A stretch of 63,760 nt of DNA, counting the filler, from Octopus bimaculoides (lineage: Eukaryota), in assembly GCF_001194135.2 (NCBI RefSeq). It is 5 parts of 5 records of this genome, joined end to end, with 100 filler letters (N's around TTAATTAATTAA, not from the genome) between each part and the next. Parts side by side here need not be neighbours in the genome. Positions count along the whole stretch, not along the records: positions 21,870 to 46,176 come from NC_068995.1; 4 more parts are not named here. One strand, given 5' to 3'. How positions within the stretch are numbered: position 1 is the stretch's first letter; each line of letters opens with the position of its first letter. Positions 22,624 to 34,639 of this stretch are shown here, piece after piece. Below the pieces are notes generated by a model. It did not search any database, had not been told where the DNA came from, and worked only from the letters and a program-made list of their open reading frames with translations. The position numbers and the translations under genes were made by a program.

Positions 22624-23434
22624 TTAAATCTAAAAGACCATTCCACTGATTGGCTGATTAATCCACCAGCATGATGCAAAACAATTCCTTACAAATGCAG
22701 TCTCTTATCTTTGCTTATTCTGTCACTACAACTACCTCTGCTCTTCTGAACTAGTTAGCTGTATACATTTTCCACCAGTTTCCCTCATTATCTCAACTCT
22801 AGAACTCAACATTATTATGTCCACAAGAGAGGATCATTTGTAGTATAGTATCCCTGTACCAGTCAGGGATATATGTAGGAAATGAAACAAATTGAGTTAA
22901 GGATTGTAAAAAGTTTTGGTTTTTGCATGAATGGTAAACATTAAAGTAACTGAGAACTATGACTTAATGATGTGCATGTCTTCAATGCAAGATCAGAATA
23001 GTTGAAGAGTAAATAAGGGTGTGAGGAATATTTTGCATTCCTCAAATTTCTACAACTAGTTTCATCCCCTACACATTCCAAGTCAACAGTGAAAACTTCA
23101 AACATCGCTAATCTCTTAACTATAATTGCATCTTTACCTATTCGATTGTCTAGCCACTGCTTCTTTGAAACCATCCAACACATATTCACATATTACACAA
23201 TACATGTACCTCCCACACACCTACTGGACCCTATGGCACTTCATGTCAGCCAACTGGTTAGGTCTCTGCCATTTGTATGCTAAATATGCCTGGTCGTACA
23301 TGTGCTGACCTAACAGAAACATTTAAGTGTGTGACTGAACACATTCTCTTAGGCATGTCCCTCCACAGTCTACACACAATAAAAATTCAATACTCCAGGT
23401 CTTTTAAGGATTCAAGCAAAAAAGCAAGGTCTTC

Positions 23435-24871
23435 GATCATCATCATCATCATCATTTAATGTCCACTTTCCATGCTAGCATGGGTTGGACGGTTTGACTG
23501 AGGACTGGCAAACCAGGAGGTTGCACCAAGCTCCAATCTGCTCTGGCAAGGTTTCTACAGCTGGATGCCCTTCCTAACACCAACTACTCTAAGAGTGTAG
23601 TGGGTGCTTTTTACGTGCCAGCAGCACAGGTGCCAGTTAGGCAGCACTGGCATTGACCAAGCTTGAATGGTGCATTTTATGTGCCACCATCACTGGCATC
23701 AGCCATGGTCAAATGGTGCGTTTTACATGTCGCCGGCATGGGTGCCAGTTACGCAACACTGACATCAGCCACGACAATGATTTAACTTGACTCAACAGGT
23801 CTTCTCAAGCACAGCATATTGCCAACGATTGCGGGGTACTTTTAAACGGGCCAGTTATGTGACACTAGCATTGGCCATGGATATGATCAACTTGTGATGT
23901 TGTCTGATTTGTGAAAGTGGGTGACTTTTTAACCAAAGGTGTGGAAGCAAGGTCTAGAATCGAAGGGCCTTAGAGTCAATCCAGTTATGTGACACTAGCA
24001 TCGGCCATGGATATGATCTCACTTGGCTTGCCAGCATACCTCCAAAGATCTCAGTCACTTGTCATTGCCTTTGTGAGGTCCAATGTTTGAGGGTTGTGCT
24101 TCACCACCTCATCCCAGGTTTTCCTGGGTCTACCTCCTCCACAGGTTCCCTCCACTGTTAGGGTGTGACACTTCACACAGCTGTCCTCATCCATACGCAT
24201 CACATAACCATACCAGCGCAGTTGTCTCTCTTGCACACATCTGATGCTTCTTATGTACAACTTTTCTCTTAAAGCGCTTACACTGTCATGTATGCACACA
24301 GACATTACATATCCAGCAGAGCATACTAGCTTAATTTATTTCAAACCTACGCAGGTCCTCAGTAGTCATAGTCCATGTTTCACTGCCATGTAGCATGGCT
24401 GTTCACACACATGCATCATACAGTCTACCTTTCACTCTGAGTGAGAGGCCCTTTGTTACTATCAGAGGTAGGAGCTCACTGAACTTTGCCCAGGCTATTC
24501 TTATTCTAGCAGCTGCACTCTCACAGCATCCACCCCTGCTACTAACTTAGTCACCTAGGTAACGGAAGCTATCAGCTACTTCTAGTTTTTCCACCTGGCA
24601 TGTGATGGAATCTGTTTTCTGTACATCTTCCCCACAGAAAAACTATCTTCCCAGTTAACCTTCCTTTGATATTGCTGCACCTCTTATGTGTCCATAGCTT
24701 ACACCAGGTACATCTTGTGGAGTTTCTCCCTATGCCTTTTCTACAGATCAAGCAGGGCCATCTACATGGAGGGATTTGTGATTTGTCTGCCTTCCTACTT
24801 ACTAAGATTTTGGTCTTTGCTAGATTGACTCTAAGGCCCTTCGATTCTAGACCTTGCTTCCACACCTTTGG
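23435..24871 (-). mobile_element. 5'-truncated RTE-X LINE (RT C-terminus, Cys-rich insert, 3' UTR, (GAT)n tail)
   Basis: WKQGLESKGLRVNLAKTKILVS..RWPCLICRKGIGRNSTRCTWCKLWTHKRCSNI and RQLRWYGYVMRMDEDSCVKCHTLTVEGTCGGGRPRKTWDEVVK. Confidence 0.9.
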
Positions 24872-26097
24872 TTAAAAAGTCACCCACTTTCACAAATCAG
24901 ACAACATCACAAATCTTGCAAGATCAGCATATGAACTACAAAAAAATGCCTCCATATATTACTTACACCTCAAGCTCTTCCACTGCTGATCCTTATGATC
25001 ACCTACCAAAAAGGATCTCCAACTTTGTAGAAACATCCTTTCCTCAGCATCTCAACTACGAGGTTCTGTGAGCAGTATTCTCATAGAGAAAGCCTCCACC
25101 TTTACTCCCTACAACTATGCTGAACTGATTTGATAAATCTACAAATCAATTCCCTTTCGCTCCACTAGGTTCACCACCTTACATACATACAAGTTAAATG
25201 TGACAATTACCTTTGGTTGCTCTAAACAAGAAAAGCCATTAGCCTTGACAATATCCATTCCATTATTCTCAAACACTGCACCCCAGAGCTGGCCCTACAT
25301 TCACCAATCTCTCCCCACCTACCTATCAGTAGCCCACCAGTATTGCTTCCATAAAGCTAGATCTACTGGAAACCTACATCCCCATTTCACCCACCAGTAA
25401 GCTCTTGCTCCAGAGAAATTTGGCAAAACCAGTGTTATTGGCCTCAAACTCAGAAAAGCTTTCAAGTATCTGACATGTGCATCATACCAAAACTACTCAC
25501 CTATTGGCTCCATCCTTCCTTCTTTCATTATTCAGTACTATCACAGCCTATGATAGACCACGCTCTGTCCCCCTCTCTTATCTCAGGCATGTCCCAGGGT
25601 TCAGTTTTGTCACCCATACTCTTCCTCCTGTATATTGATAACTTACTGCCCCAGCCAACAATGCCTGCTCATATGCACTCTTCCCTAACCATGCACCATC
25701 CATAGGCAACTTAGACATCTCACACCTAATCTTCACTGACAACATGAACATCCTCAAAAACATCCTGTAATGAGATAGTGCCAACCTCATCTTTTTCAAC
25801 AGCAAACAAAACCATGCCACAAGCAAACATTACTCATATCAGAAAACATCATTGCATTTCACTCCCTTAAACATAGAGTCCTTGCAATTCTTTAACATAG
25901 CTAGGATTCCATTTCAAAACTGGTTCTTTATCAAGAAAAGTAATTCAGTCCCCAAAATTACTGAGTAATGTTTCCACATCTGGGACAATGCTGCTGCAAC
26001 GCATCGACATCCTAAGCTGCATCCAGAGAACGACCAATAATCTGATTGGCATAAAGTTACACCGACACACTCCAACCTCTAGCTTAAAGAAATGCTG

Positions 26098-26158
<61 letters not shown>

Positions 26159-26330
26159 CCTTGATCTTAAGCACTTTTTAGTTAGGCATTCCCAATTTAT
26201 TTATCTCTTTTCTCCTTATCACCTATGCTGTATCCAACACCTTATGACCCACAGTAACCATTACATCCACTCTCTTACCCTATAATGTTGACTTTCTGGA
26301 ACTCTCTCTGTGCTTTCCTCAGAGTAACCA
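24872..26330 (+). mobile_element. Degraded CR1/L2-group LINE RT region
   Basis: Frameshifted motifs LDNIHSIILKHCTPEL, HQYCFHKARSTGNL and SGMSQGSVLSPILFLLYIDNL (cf. SGVPQGSVLxPxLFLLxINDL). Confidence 0.75.
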
Positions 26331-27274
26331 ACCTTACAAAAATAGAACATTGACAGCATTGAACTTACCAACCTCTGAGAGATTTATGAAGACCATGGGC
26401 AATGTTCTTTCCTCCAGACCTAGCCAGCATGCATATGTGCCCCCTCACATACACACACAACTGAAGATTTATAATTCTTGGAAATTAAATGCCTCCACCC
26501 TAACAGGACCTCAAACATCAAAATGGAAGCAATGAATAGTTGACAAATTAGTCTCAGAAAATAATTTGATGCTTGAACTTATAAACAAAAACCATGATAT
26601 CTTGATAAGATTCATTAATCCAGTGTGTCTTTGGCTAACAAGACAATGATATTGAAACATTGAATGTACACTTACACTAATGAATTGTGTAATGATGATA
26701 AATTCATCTGAAAGATGTTCTCCAATGATGAAACACAACAGTGATTAGCAAGAAAAAAGTTCATATAACAAAAATACATATAGCATTTAGTAGGAAAAAA
26801 ATGCATAAATGAATTTCATCAGAAATAACTTGTCCTATGAAAATTGAATGTTGACTAAAATTTGATTTAATTTCATGCAATGACGAAGATAATGATGACT
26901 AACTGAAGCTTTACACAAACATTTGTTACATGGGAAAATGTGAGCAAGAGAAATAATATTCTAAAGATTATAAACCTGGAAAAAGTACAGGACAAGTTAT
27001 TACATATGGTAAAGTACAGAACAAGAAACTTTTTACTTAAATTATTGCAGCTAAGGATAACATTTCCAATAAAATATTTAGATTTAGAAACTATTAGCTT
27101 TTATTAAAACTAAAAAATTTATTACAAGTTATTCTATTTGTTATAACTTGTTACTTATATTAAAAATTTTAAATAACTCAAAATATTTTTTGCATTCTAA
27201 AAAACAACTGATTTTTTAAATTATTAATTAATAATTAGAAATTTGAAAATAGGTTATAAAAAATAATAGTACAT

Positions 27275-27615
27275 ATGCTGAGACCCCCTTCAGTCATGAC
27301 TGACCATGGGATTGCACCTAGAAAGTTACCCTCCAAAGCACCAGTCCAGGCAAGGTTGTTTATGGGAGACCAGCAGTTGCCCATGCATACTGGCCTCCCC
27401 TCTCCACGCCACCAGTGTTATGCAAGGGAAAGGCAAAGGCCGATACAGCTTGGCACCTGTGATGTCACAACTCATTTCTACAGCTGAGTGAACTGGAGCA
27501 ACGTGAAATAAAGTGTCTTGCTCAAGAACACAACACGCAGCCCAGTCCAGGATTCGAACTCACAACCTCACGATTGTAATCTCAACGCTCTAACCACTGA
27601 GCCATGCGCCTTCAC
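27275..27615 (-). mobile_element. Young tRNA-derived SINE (family C) with 10-bp TSD
   Basis: Minus-strand head gtgaaggcgcaTGGCTCAGTGGttagagcg..gtgaGTTCGAATCCtgg with intact A and B boxes. TSD aatagtacat at 27265-27274 and 27616-27625. Confidence 0.9.
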
Positions 27616-29059
27616 AATAGTACATAATTAGTACAATAAATAGAATAACACAAAAATTAGTTATATATTGCAGTAAAATCTACCTATAACAACAAATTCA
27701 CAGTAAAATTTTCTTGAGTTATTGCCAAGTCTTCACATTTTTAGTCTTGACCCAATGCTTATTTTTTACGTAATGAATCTGCTTAACATATATACTATTC
27801 TACTTTGCATAAAACTTTAGCTATATTGGTACTTCTGGCCCTCATTTTTTAAGTATTCTAATGTGTCTGTATTTTAACAAAATGATGGTACCTTTTTTGA
27901 TTATAATGTTACTTTGTAAATTAAAATCAAATAATCTTTAATATTCAAATCCTATCCTTAGCTGCAATAGTTTAAATAAACATTTTCTTCTTCTGTACTT
28001 TGTCAAATGTAATAAATTGTCCTGAACTTTTCCAAGTGTAATAACTTGTCCTGTACTTTTGCAGGTTTATAATCTTAAGAATATTATTTCTCTTGCTTTA
28101 TTATTATTAAGAATATTATTTCTCTTGCTTGCATTTTTCCATGTAATTCATATTTCTTCCAGGTTATGCTATTATACTAATTAATAATGTGTCAATAATT
28201 TAAGGTTTCACATCATGCTTTCTCCTAGCATTTAAGGTAAGATAAATATATTTTGCTTTTAAAATAAAAAAGTTATTTAGATCTAAACTTCTTTGGAGGC
28301 GTTACTTACAGGGACCAGTCCTCTTCAAAAATGCTAACAGTTTTCAGTTAGTGACAAAACACTAAAAGATGCTGCATGTGAGTAAATTGCAGCCTTAAGA
28401 ATATTATTCAACTATTACCGTAGTTGAATGATTCTTTGAGAAATTTTAAAAACTGACAAATTCCTTTCAATGTAAACTACTACAACTGTTTCTCGTCTCA
28501 GATATTACAGGACTGTGTTCACATGATATAATTGCATTAATTAATACAGATAACATAATTAAACTAATTGCAAATTAGCAGTGTCGTTGATAATTTTTTC
28601 CCTACCTCAATGATGCCGGTGACATGTATTAGAAGTCCCCTTATATATAGAATTATATTCATAAAAAAGTATAGAACTATGTTATCACCCTCAAATTTGA
28701 GAAACAAACATAACTTTTTTCATTTAAAACTTCATTGCATGAGATTGATACCATGAAATTCATCATATTGAACTCTATTATTTAAACTTAATTAAAATAT
28801 AGTTTGCTTTTAAAATAAAAAAGTTAATTATACTTAAATCCAATTCATTCCTTACTTATAATTTTTTTCACAATATTTTACCTCACAACTATTTTGATAT
28901 AAATTTTTGTTGCACAGGACCAAAACCATGAAATTCCTCATGCCTTCTTCTATCATTGAAGCTAAGATAAATATATTTAAACTTGATTGGAGGTGTTACT
29001 TACTCTCCTATAACATTGCTACAAATTTTGATGTAAACTTCTTTTCTATGAGACCAAAT

Positions 29060-29093
<34 letters not shown>

Positions 29094-29695
29094 GCCGAAA
29101 TATAGCTAGGGACCAGTCCTCTTAAAAAATGTTAACAGTTTCCTATTTGGTTAAGAACTGAATTAGTGACAAACTCTGAAAGATGCCGCATGTAAAGAAA
29201 TTGTGGCCTTAAAATATTCAATTACTACCGTAATACACAATATATACACATAACTATATGAAAATGAACATACATGTATAGATATAAACATATATATGTA
29301 CATACATCTCCATGAACATGCATCTAATATAAGGTGAAGAAAACAGTTTTGTAAATCATAGTTCATAAGTTCAACTATGAAATTATGTTCAAATCTACCA
29401 GAATGTATTAAGAATGACTATACAAGTCATTGTTTTGATTCATGCTGGTTTGCCATGAATAAGATAGTTTGCAAAAACATTAACTTATTAAAAATAAATA
29501 GAAAATCTAATGAAAGAAGCAAGTATCATTTGAAATTAATTATAAGTTTCATTTACTAAATATAAAACAAGCAAGTGACTGAAAAAATATGTAAGATATA
29601 ACTAAAAGATTTTACAAAATAAACACAATAATGTACAATCTTATTATTCAAGTAAAATAGAACCTCTTTTGTCCATGGACCCTTTACTAGTTCAG

Positions 29696-29746
29696 GGTTC
29701 AACACTTTCAACCAGCGATGTTGACACTGTACACATGTACGGTCAG
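29696..29746 (+). other. Candidate 51-nt in-frame coding micro-exon of an unidentified gene
   Basis: ccctttactagttcag | GGTTCAACACTTTCAACCAGCGATGTTGACACTGTACACATGTACGGTCAG | gtaagt gives 17 codons, GSTLSTSDVDTVHMYGQ. It is a GC/CpG-richer island in very AT-rich DNA. Confidence 0.4.
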
Positions 29747-30573
29747 GTAAGTAGCCAGCAATTAATTTCCAATCATTAAGTCCATGTTGTCCAACAACCT
29801 CTCTCAGGAGATTATCCTAAACAAGCAAAAAAAAAAAAGTTCATATAACAAAAATACATATAGCATTTAGTAGGAAAAAAGTGCATAAATGAATTTCATC
29901 AGAAGCTATTTAAGAAAGAAATGATGATTTGCATTTTTATTGCATACTATTCTTATTGTTGCCTGTGCAATAAATGATACAAAAATATATAGTAACAATC
30001 TATACAATATTTCATGCACATATCATTCGTTAGCATTTAATTCTCTGCAATTGGAAAATCAATATATAATTGCATATTCTTTATTATGCATATTTTATCA
30101 TAATTACTTTACATTATATACAATTTTATGTACACAAAATGATATAGAGAATATATACATTTTTATTTACATGAGTAGTTTCAATTCCATTGTAAATTAA
30201 AAAGAAAATAACATCCACAGCTATTTTGTTAAGTTATTTCATTTCCAATCACAATAATATATTATGATTTTAAAATTTCCCGCTGCTAAACACTTCATAT
30301 TTCTCTCTTTTTCTCTCTACTTCTTATTTCAACAAGTTTTTTAACCATGTAATTCCCCTCTTCATATTGTTAAGATTTCTCTCTTCCTCTTCACCTCTCA
30401 CTTCCACTAACCCAAGAGTGTAATCCGTTGGCTGACTATCTGGTATCTCATGAACACCCCTCCCTCTCTCTAACTCTCATTCCATCTCTCACTGTCTCTC
30501 AGGTGTGAACACATGAATAAGCAGAATTATAATATACATTTTCTTGTCAGTCACAATAATATATGGTGTTTAA

Positions 30574-31792
30574 TCCTTTCATTACTAACCCGGCTGTAGC
30601 CGGCTGAAAAATTTTTTGATTCATAAGACCAACATAGCCAGCCGCGAGTACCCATTGTTATTTACATGTAAATTTGAACCCAAATCTCGTTAGTACATTC
30701 GTTAAAACACCTGATTTCACTTTGCAAACAGTTGAGTTATTGTATCCAACATTGTTTGGCGTGATATTTGAACTCAGTGAATTTTGGAAGATTTTTTTTT
30801 CCACATTTTTTGCGGCGTTAATTTTTGGAACTTTGAAGATGGAGAGGAGTTTCATGCTATCAAGCAGTGATTCCGAATTTGAAGGCTTTTCAACAGAAGA
30901 TATGGAAATATCGAAAAAAAGAATGAATAAGCGACAAAATCACGTGGTGAACGATAATGAATAGGATATTTCTGTATCTGAAACTGAAAGCAGCGACTCT
31001 GAAAGCAGCGACGGCGACAGCGAGGATGATTTTTACACCAGAATGGAGTAAAAAAAATTTTAAATATTTTTATTAACAATTTTTCTGAGGAGACAGGGTC
31101 TAGGAAGCGAAACCTTTAGACTTCTTTTTCTTATTTTTTCCAGCATGCTTGTTTGAAATGATTACTGCAGAAACAAACCGTTACGCAGAATGTAAACAAA
31201 CCAGAAAAAAAGATAGCATGTGAGAGACACTAGCAGTACCCCCAGTACGTGGAGAACCAAGCTTTGATCCCTTATTTAAAATAAGACCCCTCATCGATTA
31301 CGTTCAAAATGCATATAAAACATTTTANNNNNNNNNNNNNNNNNNNNNNNNNNNNNNNNNNNNNNNNNNNNNNNNNNNNNNNNNNNNNNNNNNNNNNNNN
31401 NNNNNNNNNNNNNNNNNNNNNNNNNNNNNNNNNNNNNNNNNNNNNNNNNNNNNNNNNNNNNNNNNNNNNNNNNNNNNNNNNNNNNNNNNNNNNNNNNNNN
31501 NNNNNNNNNNNNNNNNNNNNNNNNNNNNNNNNNNNNNNNNNNNNNNNNNNNNNNNNNNNNNNNNNNNNNNNNNNNNNNNNNNNNNNATACAAAAATATTA
31601 GTCTGATAGGTGTAAAACAACTCGCTGGGAATGAATATGAAGAAAAAAATGCGCGCTCGCGAACGGGGTGGGTGGGGAAAGGTCTCGGAACATTCATGAT
31701 GTGAATGTTCCGAGACACCTCACCAGAGCCAAGAAACAAAAGAAAAATAGTGTAACAGATGTAAAACGACTTGCTCTGAAAGAATATCAAGA

Positions 31793-31838
<46 letters not shown>

Positions 31839-31914
31839 CAGTCGAAATTCATGATTATTTTAGAATTTAATTGAAACTCATGTATTTTGGTCAGAAATAT
31901 AGTTTACGAAAGGT
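30574..31914 (+). mobile_element. Internally deleted piggyBac-family element spanning a gap
   Basis: TTAA(30570-73) tcctttcattactaacccggctgtagccgg ... acgaaaggt TTAA(31915-18). Acidic N-terminus SSSDSEFEGFSTED, then CLFEMITAETNRYA and DPLFKIRPLIDYVQN. Confidence 0.8.
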
Positions 31915-31958
31915 TTAAAATTTCCCTCTGCTAAACACTCTCTTTTTCTCTCTACCTC

Positions 31959-33177
31959 CACAAAGGTAAGCTGAAATGTTCATAGGCTAACTATGAAAGA
32001 GTTAAGTTAGAGCTGTGAAATCTTGCATGCATTAATTTCACCTCTTATTATTAATAAATGCACTGTTTCTTTCCAGGTAAACTGACATCTGACTCTTCAA
32101 AGAAGACTTTAAAAGTAAGTAGTAGTGACTTATTTTCTAAGTGGACAAAATTTGGCATTGTGGTGTTATCAAGTAAAAAGGGTTTAGCCCTCAACAACAT
32201 TCATGCTGACATAGGAGCTACATTAAAGGATGACATTTTGCCTTTATCACCAGTGCAAAAGTGGGTGGCAGAATTTAGGAGGAGAAGGGCGAGTTTTGAA
32301 GATTACCCAAGGTGTGGACATCCTCAAACTGTCACCACCGAGGAAAACATTTATCACGTTCACCACATGGTGACAGATAACAGACTATAAATCAAATAGG
32401 TAATGCTGTTAGCATATCCCATGAGAGTTGGGAATAATCTGCACAATGAACTTGGCAGGATGAAAGTTTCTGCTCAGTAGGTGTCATGTCTTCTGACACA
32501 TGATCACATCATGGGAAAATCTTACTTTGTTTCAGGCATATCCAGCTAGTTTCCTTGAATGATCCCTAATCCAGGATAAGTGTGGGCTTCGTCACTTTGA
32601 GCCAGAGATGAAGAGACAATTCATGCAGTGGAAACACCCCTCCTCACCTGCTCCAAAGAAGGCCATGGTTGTTTCATCAGCAGGGAATGTGATGGCCTCA
32701 GTCTTCTGGGATGCAAAAGGCATTGTTTAATAACCATCTTCAAAAGCACCACACCAACAATGAAGAGAATCATGCCAAATTGCTGAAGCAGTTACAAAAG
32801 GCTATCAAGACCAAATGCCCAGTAAAACTGATGAAAGGGATCTTGTTTCATCAGGACAATGCTCCAGCACAAAAATCCTTGGTTTCAATGGTTGCTGTGT
32901 GTGACTGTGGCTTTAAACAGATTGATCACCTATTCTCCTAATTTGAGTTAGGGTGAAAAGACACTTGGTTGGGAACCAGTATCACAGTAATGATAATATC
33001 GTATCTGCTATTGATGACTTTTTTGATCAACAGGATGAAAGCTTCTTCATCAATGCAACATTGATGGAAGAAGTGTATGAATCACAAGAGAAATTATGTC
33101 AAAAAATAAGCCTCATTTGGTCATTCCATGACAGTATCTTGGTCAGCCTGTGATGAACTTTTCAGCCGACCTTCATA
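31959..33177 (+). mobile_element. Full-length but degraded mariner (DD34D-type) transposon
   Basis: TIRs caaaggtaagctgaaatgttcataggctaac / ggtcagcctgtgatgaacttttcagccgaccttcata. Fragments VQKWVAEFRRRRASFEDYPRCGHP, MASVFWDAKG, ILFHQDNAPA and KRHLVGNQY..DFFDQQDESFF. Confidence 0.9.
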
Positions 33178-33829
33178 ACTTCAACAAACTTCTTACCTAT
33201 GTAATTCCCCTCTTCATATCATTATCATTCCTCTGTTTCTCTTTACTTCTCCCACTAACCATGTAACAGCATAATGCATTGGCTAGCATACTGTCTCTCA
33301 CTCTTAATTAAACTGCCCTCCACTCTCTCTTTATGCACATTTTTTTTAACCACACAAGCAGAACATCACCCTTCTGCTAAAATTTTGTATTTCTAACTCT
33401 CTTACTCTATATCTCTCCCTTCAACTAAGTTGTTAACCATGTAATAACTATTAACTTTCCCCTTACCACATGTTTGTTAACACTTCTCTCTCCTTTAACT
33501 AGTCACGTGCAGCATAATGCATTTGGTCTTAGCATATTAGCATATAGATTAGCATCCTGTACAACAAGAATCTGTACAACACTGTATCTATCTGTCTATC
33601 TGTCCTATACTGTCTGAAACTGCACAAATTGAATTACTCTTGTTTACATCAGTTTTAAAAGAAGTTATGCAAGTCTCTAATCTAAAGGACAAAAATGTAA
33701 TCCCTTTCTCTATCATTTATTCCTGCATGGGTCAATGTTAACAACAAACATGTTGAATTTTTGTGATTTTTCACCCCTCCTCCTAAGGTTTATTTTATCA
33801 AAACTTTCTTTTAAAAAATGGCCACTCAT

Positions 33830-34320
33830 CATCAGCCATATCACAGAATTCTTTTGGTCCTTTTATTTTTCTACATGGCAGAGTTAATGCCAAGGATTAA
33901 CTGGATATTTTAGTTGATTATATCCATCGCTTAGTACAAACATCATTCTCTGTTGATAGGGTAATCTTTCAGGATGGTAATGTACCAATTCACACAGCTA
34001 GTGTTATTCAAAATTCGTACAAAGAACACAAAAGTGAATTGGAACAACTTGAATTGGTTCCTGCAATCACCTGATCTCAATATAATTAATCAAGTATTTA
34101 TGGTGTGTTTTTGAGCTGCATCCTGCCACCATTTTCACTAAAAGAGCTAGAGCAAGTTTTACTTGAGGAATGGCTCAAAATTCCCTTAACAACTGTTCAG
34201 AGCCTGTACAAGTAAATTCTTTTCTGTATGAAACTGGTGATTGATGCCAAAGATGGACCAACTTTGTATCAAATAAGACTTCCATTTAACAAGGTGTTTC
34301 CATTATTTTGCTCCCTCTCA
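33830..34320 (+). mobile_element. Tc1-family transposon 3' fragment with right TIR
   Basis: FQDGNVPIHTA and a QSPDLNII motif, similar to 50720-50970; TIR-like ggtgtttccattattttg at about 34293. Confidence 0.75.
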
Positions 34321-34639
34321 CTAAATGCACAAACATATGTGTGTGTATTCACATGCACAAATACATATACATGCAAATGCAAATACACACACACACACAC
34401 ACCACACAAATGTAGTATGGAAAGGGCAGCAAAGGTACATTAAATTAACAGCATGGTTGTCAACAGCTATCACCCCTCTCATACCTTGAAACAGCCAAAC
34501 CACTGAAGCTAAAATTTAGCCTGCCAAAACATCATGTGTAAGATTTATAATGATTGTCTCAACCTGTTTCTACAGGATCATTGTATCACCAAAACTGTTG
34601 CAATTCCTGAACAAGGTGGGAGGAAAATAGAAAGTGTGG

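Noticed and set aside
27275-27615. tRNA genes at SINE heads (also 20395 and 59150)
   Set aside because: A and B boxes are present but there is no complete cloverleaf or acceptor stem, and the sequence continues into SINE bodies with TSD or tail.
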